The translations under genes were made by a program, and so were the position numbers. Under the pieces are notes generated by a model. That model was not told the origin of the DNA, did not search any database, and worked only from the letters and a program-made list of their open reading frames with translations. Positions 57,018-64,000 of a DNA stretch of 64,000 nt are shown in pieces; the first letter of the stretch is position 1; every line of letters begins with the position of its first letter. This stretch comes from an uncultured Candidatus Rokubacteria bacterium. GTDB lineage: Bacteria; Methylomirabilota; Methylomirabilia; Rokubacteriales; DASRDR01. The DNA lies in contig CAWGVS010000012.1 of the NCBI GenBank assembly GCA_963826115.1, positions 416,001-480,000 on the forward strand. Direction: 5' to 3'.

Positions 57018-57057
57018 GCGTCCCGCCGGCGTCGGCGCCGGGCCGGGCCGAGCGGGA

Positions 57058-57945
57058 TCAGCGCTTCGGACGCCAGCCGAGCAGGTCCATGGCCGCTCGG
57101 ACCGGCTCGTACTCGTGATCCTCCGCCGGCTCGAACCCGTCGATGTCGTAGAGCGCCTTGAGGAGCGGCGCGTAGGTCGGGCCCTTCATCGACAGGAGCG
57201 CCGCGCGCACCTTCGCGACCATCGCCGGGTCGAGCCCGTCGCGCGCGCAGATGCCGCCTTCCGGAATCGGCGCGCTCTCGGCGATCCAGTCGAGCTTGTC
57301 CCGCTGCGCCGGATCCTTCAGGTACTGCTCGCGCGCCTGGTCGAACGACGCGAAGGCGTCCACGTGGCCGTTGAGCAGGGCCAGGAGGCCCGCGTCGTGC
57401 GAGCCGGAGAACAGGAACTCCCTGAAGAACGTCTTGGGGTCCTTGTTCCGGACGAGCCCCTTCTCGATGAGCATCACCATCGGGTAGACGTAGCCCGACG
57501 TGCTGGTGGGGTCCACGAACGCGATCGTCTTGCCCCGGAGGTCCTCGAGGGTCTTGAGACCGGACTCCTTCCGGACGTAGATCCGCGAGGTGTACGACGT
57601 GTTCCCGTGCCACTGGTCCTTCGCCACGATCATGGCCTTCGCCTCGCGGTTGGCGAGGACGTAGCCCGCCGGGTGGACGAAGGCGAGGTCCGCCGTCCGA
57701 TTCCGGAGCGCCTCGACGACCGCGGCGTAGTCGGAGGCCACCGTCACCCGGATGGGCACGCCGACGAGCTTGCCGAGCGCCGCGCCGAACGCCTCCCCGG
57801 CCACCATGAGGTCGGTGGGCTTCTGAGACGGCGTGAGGGCGAGGTGGAGCGAGCCCTGGGCGACCGCGGGCGCCGCCCCGGCGAGGAGGACGGCCAGGAC
57901 CCCGGCCGTGAGGATGCTGAATCCAACGAGACGACGTCGCGACAT
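57058..57945 (-). CDS. phnD: PhnD/PtxB-family substrate-binding protein
   Basis: Signal peptide; SDYAAVVEAL, YTS, DPTSTSGY, SGSHD. Confidence 0.9.
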   Translation of the reverse strand: MSRRRLVGFSILTAGVLAVLLAGAAPAVAQGSLHLALTPSQKPTDLMVAGEAFGAALGKLVGVPIRVTVASDYAAVVEALRNRTADLAFVHPAGYVLANREAKAMIVAKDQWHGNTSYTSRIYVRKESGLKTLEDLRGKTIAFVDPTSTSGYVYPMVMLIEKGLVRNKDPKTFFREFLFSGSHDAGLLALLNGHVDAFASFDQAREQYLKDPAQRDKLDWIAESAPIPEGGICARDGLDPAMVAKVRAALLSMKGPTYAPLLKALYDIDGFEPAEDHEYEPVRAAMDLLGWRPKR

Positions 57946-57948
57946 ACG

Positions 57949-58040
57949 ATCCTCCCTGCGCTGGCATTACCCAGGTCAGGTTCCGGCGGTCGGCAGCCCC
58001 TTGCTGCCCTCTCAGCTCGCCTTCGAGCTCCCGCGATGCT
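57949..58040 (-). ncRNA. TPP (THI-box) riboswitch
   Basis: Minus strand reads GCGGGAGCTCG-AAGG-CGAGCTGAGA-GGGCAGC-AAGGG-GCTGCCGACCGC-CGGAACCTGA-CCTGGGTAATGCCAGCGCAGGGAGG; carries the CUGAGA, ACCUGA, UAAUGCCAGCG and AGGGA landmarks and pairable P2-P5. Confidence 0.92.
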
Positions 58041-58048
58041 CTGGCCGG

Positions 58049-58077
58049 AGTCTAGCGGGGGGTCGGCGGACCGTCAA
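58049..58077 (-). promoter_or_regulatory. sigma70 promoter driving the riboswitch-phnDCE transcript
   Basis: TTGACG-N17-TAGACT; predicted start site about 58042, immediately before the aptamer. Confidence 0.75.
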
Positions 58078-58093
58078 CCAGCCCAGCCCGTCC

Positions 58094-58125
58094 TGACAAT
58101 CCGCGGCGCCCGGCGTGACAATCCG
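58094..58125. repeat. Direct repeat TGACAATCCG x2 at 22-bp spacing
   Basis: 58094-58103 and 58116-58125. Confidence 0.75.
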
Positions 58126-58286
58126 GACCCCGCCAGACGCCGCCCGGGCCCGGCGGCCGGCGACGGCGCCAGGACATCGTCAGCGTTTTCAATCAATTGC
58201 GACTCGGCTGGGCGTCGGCGCGAGGGTTGCACCATGGCTGGCGCCGGCGCCGGCATTCCCCGGCGCCCTGCAGAGGAGGGATGGTC

Positions 58287-58904
58287 ATGACACGACGTGT
58301 CGACGCGAAGCGGCTGATCCTCGCCGGCGGCCTGGTCCTGGCGCTGGCGGGCTGTGCGACTCACGGGACGCCGGGCGCCGGGGCAGACGCCGGGGCCGAG
58401 GCCCAGACGGCGGACGCGACCCACGGAGCGGGAGACGGGGCGCACACCGGGGCGATGGGTGCGGGCCGCGGCAGCGCCGGCATGCGGGCGCCGGGCGCCA
58501 CGATGTTCCCGACGCTCCCCTCGCCGCAGGACTTCAAGGAAGCGGGCGGACTGCGGGACGTCCACTTCGAGTTCGACCGCGCGACCGTTCGGGCGGAGGA
58601 TCTCCGGGTCCTCGACGCGAACGCGCGCTGGCTCGCCGAGCATCCGGGCGTGCTGGTCCTGATCGAGGGCCACGCCGACGAGCGGGGGACGAGCGAGTAC
58701 AACCTGGCGCTCGGCGAGAACCGGGCGCGCATGACGCGCGAGCGGCTCGTGTCGCAGGGTGTCGCCGCGGCCCGCATCACCCTCGTGAGCTACGGCGAGG
58801 AGCTCCCCTCGTGCCGTCAGAGCAGCGAGGCGTGCTGGGCGAAGAACCGGCGAGCCCACTTCCTCGTGAAGACGCCCGTGACCGTCAGCGCTCTCCATCA
58901 GTAG
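58287..58904 (+). CDS. pal: Peptidoglycan-associated lipoprotein (OmpA-like domain)
   Basis: Lipobox LAGC; VHFEFD, IEGHADERGTSEYNLALG, VSYGEE, KNRRAHF. Confidence 0.88.
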   Translation: MTRRVDAKRLILAGGLVLALAGCATHGTPGAGADAGAEAQTADATHGAGDGAHTGAMGAGRGSAGMRAPGATMFPTLPSPQDFKEAGGLRDVHFEFDRATVRAEDLRVLDANARWLAEHPGVLVLIEGHADERGTSEYNLALGENRARMTRERLVSQGVAAARITLVSYGEELPSCRQSSEACWAKNRRAHFLVKTPVTVSALHQ

Positions 58905-58927
58905 TCGGTAGTCGTCCGAGCGTCCGT

Positions 58928-58962
58928 CGACGCCCGCGGTGGCCGAAGCCCCGCGGGCGTCG
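58928..58962. terminator. 12-bp hairpin between convergent pal and dnaE2
   Basis: cgacgcccgcgg/ccgcgggcgtcg. Confidence 0.5.
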
Positions 58963-58994
58963 TGACGTCCGCCGCCCCGCCGCGTCGACCCGCG

Positions 58995-61900
58995 TCAGTG
59001 AAAGTCGTGGGAGGGCACGGGTGCCCGCGCGGCGAGGGGCCGGACCGCCGTCGCCCGCACCGCCGTGACGCCGTCCTCGTGCTGGAGGACGCCCTCCACC
59101 AGGAGGAACGGCTCGTGGACGAGCGTGGCGCGCGCCCGCTCGAAGAGCCCGGGCGCCACGATGGCGTTGGCGATTCCCGTCTCGTCCTCGAGCGAGAGGA
59201 ACACGAACCCCTTCGCCGTGCCCGGCCGCTGGCGCACGACGACCGCGCCGGCGACCCGGACGCGCCGGCCGCTCCCGAGCGCGGCGAGGCCGGCGGCCGG
59301 CGTGACGCCGAGCCGCGTCCACTCGGCGCGGCGGAGCGCCATCGGGTGGGGCCCGACCGTGACGCCGGTCCCGCGGTAGTCGGCCACCAACCGCTCGGGC
59401 ACCGACATCTCGCGGAGCGGCGAGGGCTCGGGCGCCGGAGGCTGGCCCGCGTAGAGCGGCCCCGGCGGCCGCGCCGCCCGCTCGGCCTGCCAGAGCGCGG
59501 CCCGGCGCCGGAGCCCGAAGCGCCCCAGCGCGCCCACCTCCGCGAGCGCCGTCACCTCGTCTCGCGAGAGCCCGGCCCGGAGACAGAGGTCGTCCACGGA
59601 GGCGAAGGGCCGCACCGACCGCGCGGCCACCAGCCGGGCGGCGGCCGCTTCGCGGAGCCCCCTCACCTGTCCAAGCCCGAGCCGCACCGCGCCGTCCTCC
59701 ACCGTCGTGCGGACGGCCGAGACGCCGACGTCCACCGGCCGCACGGCCTGGCCGCGGCGGAGCGCGTCCCGGACCACTGTCGCCGGATGGTAGAAGCCCA
59801 TCGGCTGGTTGTTGAGGAGCGCCGCGTAGAACTCGGCCGGGTGGTGGACCTTGAGGTAGGCGCTCGCGTACGCGAGGAGCGCGAAGCTCGCGGCGTGACT
59901 TTCCGGAAAGCCGTATTCGGCGAACGCGGTGATCGCCCGCACGATCTCCTCGGCGGCCGGGCCGGTGATCCCGTTCCGGGCGATCCCGGCGCGGAGCCGC
60001 GTCTCGATCGCCTGCATCCGCGCGCGCGAGCGCCGGAAGCCGAAGGCCCGGCGGAGCTCCTCGGCCTCGCCGCCCGTGAGCCCCGCGGCGACCATCCCCA
60101 TCCGGAGGAGCTGCTCCTGGAAGAGCGGCACGCCGAGCGTCCGGCGGAGGATGGGCTCGAGCGAGGGGTGCGGGTAGACGACCGGCTGCCGCCCGGCCCG
60201 CCGCGCGAGGTAGGGGTGGACCATCTGGCCGATGATCGGGCCGGGCCGGATGATCGCGACCTGGACGACCAGGTCATAGAAGCGCCGGGGCCGGAGGCGC
60301 GGCAAGGTCGCCATCTGGGCCCGGCTCTCCACCTGGAAGAGCCCGACCGTGTCGGCGGCCTGGAGGAGCTGGTACACCGCCGGGTCGTCAGGCGGGAGAT
60401 GCGCGAGGTCGACCTCGCGCCCCGCGGCCCGGCAGAGCGCGATCGCCTCCTCGAGCGCGGCCATCATGCCGAGGCCGAGGAGGTCGACCTTGATGATCCC
60501 GAGGTCGGCGCAGTCGTCCTTGTCCCACTGGACGACCACCCGGCCCGGCATCGTCGCGGGCTCGAGCGGCACCACCTCGTCGAGCCGGCCCGCGCAGAGC
60601 ACCATGCCGCCCGAGTGCTGGCCGAGATGGCGCGGGAGCCCGACGACGGCCTGCCAGAGCCGGGCGAAGCGCTGGATCCGCGCGTCCGCGAGGTCGGCGC
60701 CCGCGCGCGCGAGGTGTCGCGCGGGCGCCTGCTCGTCCGGGTCCTGATACCCCCAGCCGGGCACGCCCTTGGCGACGCGGTCGAGAAAGTCTGGCGGGAA
60801 GCCGAGGGCCTTGCCGACCTCGCGCACCGCGCGCCGCGGCTGGTAGGTGATGACGTTCGCGGTCATCGCGGCGCTCGTCCCGCCGTAGCGCTGGTAGACG
60901 TACTGGATGATCGCCTCGCGCCGGTCCCCCGACGGGAGGTCGAGGTCGATGTCGGGCCACTCCCCGCGCTCCTCCGACAGGAAGCGCTCGAAGAGGAGGT
61001 CCATCCCGACCGGATCGACGGCCGTGATCCCGAGGCTGTAGCAGACCGCGCTGTTCGCCGCCGAGCCGCGGCCCTGGATGAGGATTCCCCGCGCGCGCGC
61101 CTCCCGCACGATGTCCCAGACGATCAGGAAGTAGCCGGCGAGGTCGAGCGTCTCGATCACCCGGAGCTCGCGCGCGAGCTGCCGGCGCACGCGCGCCGTC
61201 ACGGGGCGGTACCGCCCGCGCGCGCCGGCCTCGACGAGCTCCCGGAGATGGGCGATCTGGGACTCGCCGTCGGGCACCGGATAGTCGGGGAAGCGATAGC
61301 CGAGGTCCTGGAGCGTGAAGCCGCAGCGCGCGGCGAGCTCGCCCGCGGCGGCGACGGCGTCCGGAAGATCGGCGAAGCGCCGGGCCATCTCGGCCGGTGA
61401 CCGGAGGTGCTGCTCGGCGTTCGCCCCGAGGCGCCGGCCGAGGCCGTCGAGCGAGGTCCGGAGCCGGACCGCCGTCAGGACGTCGAGGATCGGCCGCTCC
61501 CCGGCGGTCGCGTGCCGCACGCCGCCGGTGGCGACGATGGACAGCCCCGTCGCACGCGCAAGGTCGACGGCGCGGCGGAGCACGAGCTCGCTCTCGCGCG
61601 TCCCGTGCCGCTGGAGCTCCACGCAGACCCGGTCCCGGCCGAAGCTCCGGACGAGCCGCTCGAGCGTCACCCGCGCCGCCGCCGGGCGGCCCGCCAGGAG
61701 ATCCGGGGTCAGCGGCCCGTCCATCCCACCCGTGAGGCAGACGAGCCCCCCGACCGCGCCGTCGAGATCGTCCCACGTCACGCGCGCCTCGCCCTTCGGC
61801 GCCCGCGCCTTCACCCGCGTGATCAGGCGGCCGAGTGCCCGGTATCCCGCGCGCGACTCGACGAGGAGCCCGAGGCGCGGGCCGCCGACGAGCGTCACCG

Positions 61901-62105
61901 CGGCGCCGACGAGCGGGCGCACCCCCGCCGCCCGCGCGGCCTTGTGGAGGCGCGGCGCGCCGTAGACTCCGTCCACGTCCAGGAGCCCGAGCGCGGGCAG
62001 CTCGAGCCGCGCCGCCTCGTCGACCAGCGCCTCGGGCGCCGACGCGCTTTCCAGGAAGCTGAAGGCGCTCCGGGCGGCGAGCTCGACGTACGGGCCGGAT
62101 CGCAT
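58995..62105 (-). CDS. dnaE2: Error-prone DNA polymerase DnaE2 (ImuC)
   Basis: SAFSFL PHP start, GRGSAANSAVCY, PDIDLD, QVESRAQM, RQRPGTAKG, C-terminal SHDFH. Confidence 0.96.
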   Translation of the reverse strand: MRSGPYVELAARSAFSFLESASAPEALVDEAARLELPALGLLDVDGVYGAPRLHKAARAAGVRPLVGAAVTLVGGPRLGLLVESRAGYRALGRLITRVKARAPKGEARVTWDDLDGAVGGLVCLTGGMDGPLTPDLLAGRPAAARVTLERLVRSFGRDRVCVELQRHGTRESELVLRRAVDLARATGLSIVATGGVRHATAGERPILDVLTAVRLRTSLDGLGRRLGANAEQHLRSPAEMARRFADLPDAVAAAGELAARCGFTLQDLGYRFPDYPVPDGESQIAHLRELVEAGARGRYRPVTARVRRQLARELRVIETLDLAGYFLIVWDIVREARARGILIQGRGSAANSAVCYSLGITAVDPVGMDLLFERFLSEERGEWPDIDLDLPSGDRREAIIQYVYQRYGGTSAAMTANVITYQPRRAVREVGKALGFPPDFLDRVAKGVPGWGYQDPDEQAPARHLARAGADLADARIQRFARLWQAVVGLPRHLGQHSGGMVLCAGRLDEVVPLEPATMPGRVVVQWDKDDCADLGIIKVDLLGLGMMAALEEAIALCRAAGREVDLAHLPPDDPAVYQLLQAADTVGLFQVESRAQMATLPRLRPRRFYDLVVQVAIIRPGPIIGQMVHPYLARRAGRQPVVYPHPSLEPILRRTLGVPLFQEQLLRMGMVAAGLTGGEAEELRRAFGFRRSRARMQAIETRLRAGIARNGITGPAAEEIVRAITAFAEYGFPESHAASFALLAYASAYLKVHHPAEFYAALLNNQPMGFYHPATVVRDALRRGQAVRPVDVGVSAVRTTVEDGAVRLGLGQVRGLREAAAARLVAARSVRPFASVDDLCLRAGLSRDEVTALAEVGALGRFGLRRRAALWQAERAARPPGPLYAGQPPAPEPSPLREMSVPERLVADYRGTGVTVGPHPMALRRAEWTRLGVTPAAGLAALGSGRRVRVAGAVVVRQRPGTAKGFVFLSLEDETGIANAIVAPGLFERARATLVHEPFLLVEGVLQHEDGVTAVRATAVRPLAARAPVPSHDFH

Positions 62106-62191
62106 GCGGACGGCCGACGCCGAGGCGGGCTACTCGATCCGGCCGGGAGGAACCAGTGCCTGCGTCATGACGCCTCCATCGCGGGCCCGGG

Positions 62192-62218
62192 GTTGAGATC
62201 ACAGTCTGTGACCTCAAC
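62192..62218. promoter_or_regulatory. 27-bp near-perfect palindrome (operator-like)
   Basis: GTTGAGATCACAG-T-CTGTGACCTCAAC, one mismatch. Confidence 0.55.
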
Positions 62219-62368
62219 GGGCCTCAGGCAGCTGAACGCGCTCCGGACCGAAAGCTCGGCGGATGGCGTCATCCGCGGCGCGGACGGCGGCTGGGCGGGC
62301 CCGATGGTCCGCCCACGATCCGCGGTACCCTGGGGCCGCGTGGCGGACCGCCGCCGCGCGCGTGAACC

Positions 62369-63631
62369 ATGCGAGTTCGGGCCCTCTCCACCCTCGGCGT
62401 TCTCGCGGTCGGAATCCTGGCGGCCCTTGCGGCCGGAGAGGGACTGGTTCGCCTTGGCTCCCGGTGGAGTCCCACCGTCCGGGACCTCGTGGTCCCCCGA
62501 GCGGAACGCGGGTCCCAGACCTTCGCCTCCCTGGAGGCATACCTGGCCTCACAGCCCACGCAGGTCGTCCCCCATCGGAACTGGTTCAACTACTGGAACA
62601 ACGCGCTCGGGCTGAACGACGTGGAGTTCACGGTCCCGAAGCCACCGGGGCGATTCCGCATCCTGGCGCTCGGGGACTCGTTCACGTACGGTCTCGTCCC
62701 CTACCCACACAACGTCATGACTCTCCTGGAATCGCGCCTGCGCGCGGACTGCGCCGGCATGGACCTCGACGTCCTCAACTTCGGCATTGGCGGGGCGGGG
62801 GTCCGCGACTACCGAACGATCGTGACGCTCGGACTCGCGACGTACGACCCCAATCTCGTCCTGATCAACTTCTTCGTCGGGAACGACGCCCCGGGTCTTT
62901 ACCGGTTGTCCTTCGAACGATCGCGGCTCCAGGCCGTCCTCGGCGCCTCGCGCTTGTGGCGGCTCGGGCGAAACGCGCTCCGCCTCTGGCGCGGGGTCCA
63001 CGACCTCGCCGGCCTCCGGCCCCCCCCGACGGGGTCCGGGAGCGGCGGACGGATGCCCCGCGGGGGCACGCAGGTGGATCCGACCCGTCAGGTGAGCGAG
63101 CAGGATCCCTCCCTGACGGGTCCGATCTTCTCGCCGACCGAGTACGCCTCGATACAGGCCGAGGAGATGCGGCGGCTCTACGTGCCCGAGGATCCCGCAG
63201 TCATCGATCGGGCCTGGCGACCGGTCCTGGCCGGCCTGGAAGCGATCCGGACGGAGGTCCTTCGGCAGGACCGCCGCCTGGTCCTGGCGATCTACCCCTC
63301 GGCGCTTCAGATCTACCCGGACCGGTTGGTCGCCCTCGTCGAGACGCTGCGCAACCGTCCTCGGTACGCCACGTTGTCGGCCGACCGGCTCGATCCGTGG
63401 CTTCCCAATCGCCAGCTCACCGCCTACTGCCAGCGGACCGCCATCCCGTGCGTCGACCTCACGCCGGTGTTCGTCGAGGCGAGCCGGACTTCCGCCGAGG
63501 CCCTCTACAAGCTGCGCGATTCGCACTGGACGATCCGCGGCAACCGGATCGCCGCGCACGCCGAAGCGGAGTTCCTGGCCGGCCGGCTGTGTCCTTCCGG
63601 ATCGCCGGCGCCGACCGGCGCGCCGCGCTGA
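62369..63631 (+). CDS. Membrane-anchored SGNH/GDSL hydrolase (AlgX/AlgJ-like)
   Basis: N-terminal TM; LGDSFTYG, NFGIGG, FFVGND, DSHW. Confidence 0.85.
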   Translation: MRVRALSTLGVLAVGILAALAAGEGLVRLGSRWSPTVRDLVVPRAERGSQTFASLEAYLASQPTQVVPHRNWFNYWNNALGLNDVEFTVPKPPGRFRILALGDSFTYGLVPYPHNVMTLLESRLRADCAGMDLDVLNFGIGGAGVRDYRTIVTLGLATYDPNLVLINFFVGNDAPGLYRLSFERSRLQAVLGASRLWRLGRNALRLWRGVHDLAGLRPPPTGSGSGGRMPRGGTQVDPTRQVSEQDPSLTGPIFSPTEYASIQAEEMRRLYVPEDPAVIDRAWRPVLAGLEAIRTEVLRQDRRLVLAIYPSALQIYPDRLVALVETLRNRPRYATLSADRLDPWLPNRQLTAYCQRTAIPCVDLTPVFVEASRTSAEALYKLRDSHWTIRGNRIAAHAEAEFLAGRLCPSGSPAPTGAPR

Positions 63632-63659
63632 CAGCTTCGCAGCCAGCCGGCACGCCGCG

Positions 63660-63707
63660 CGGGAGCGCGAGGCGGGCCGTCTCGTCGACCAGAGGCTCCG
63701 GGGCGGC
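63660..63707 (-). pseudogene. Decayed copy of the dnaE2 5' region
   Basis: Reads AAPEPLVDETARLALP versus SAPEALVDEAARLELP at 61995-62042. Confidence 0.65.
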
Positions 63708-63763
63708 GTGGTCATGGCCGGGCCTCTGGGGCGTGCCGGCGCGAGGTCACGCCGACGAGACGC

Positions 63764-64000
63764 TCAGTCGTAGACGGCATCAACGGTCCAGGCGCTCGTG
63801 GTGCCATCGCGCGCGAGCCGGCACGCGACGCCGTCCGGGAGCGCGACGTCCCACTCCTCGCGCGCCCACGCCGTCTCGGCCCACCACTCGCCCGCGCTCG
63901 GCCAGGGACCCGCCGCGGCGACGACCGCGCCGCGGAGCCCCGCGGCCTCGATCCGGACCGGGCGGCCGTCGCGGCACTCCACCCGGGCCGGCCGGGGCGG
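63764..64000 (-). CDS. imuB: C-terminal part of ImuB (Y-family polymerase-like), truncated by the window end
   Basis: PPRPARV...AAGPW...GEWW...WAREEWDVAL...DAVYD; lies upstream of dnaE2. Confidence 0.78.
   Translation of the reverse strand, partial: PPRPARVECRDGRPVRIEAAGLRGAVVAAAGPWPSAGEWWAETAWAREEWDVALPDGVACRLARDGTTSAWTVDAVYD

Noticed and set aside
62192-62218. Calling the palindrome a LexA, CRP or FNR box
   Set aside because: Half-site order and spacing do not match those consensus sequences as I know them

Overview
Very GC-rich bacterial DNA. Gene content and style suggest a soil lineage such as Ca. Rokubacteria; this is inference only. About 55 genes can be supported, and most long ORFs in the supplied track are GC-driven shadow frames. 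Left to right: arfB, hflX and two tiny basic proteins; an N-methyl-amine/betaine-type catabolic region (two Rieske oxygenases, DAO-family oxidases, BHMT-like methyltransferase); an ECF/anti-sigma/Spy operon; a PrpD-family gene with an Fe3+-type ABC importer; a roughly 20-kb cyclic-nucleotide/glycosyltransferase/ABC locus; aceB; a phnDCE-like importer; pal; and dnaE2, separated from imuB by an inverted SGNH gene. The strongest unexpected signal is a clear TPP (THI-box) riboswitch, with its own sigma70 promoter and overlapping the SD sequence, in front of the phnDCE-like operon and an EEP-family phosphoesterase. This is a candidate thiamine-phosphate uptake/salvage system built from a phosphonate-transporter scaffold. 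No rRNA, tRNA, CRISPR array or transposase was seen. Family assignments come from recognised motifs, not from database searches.
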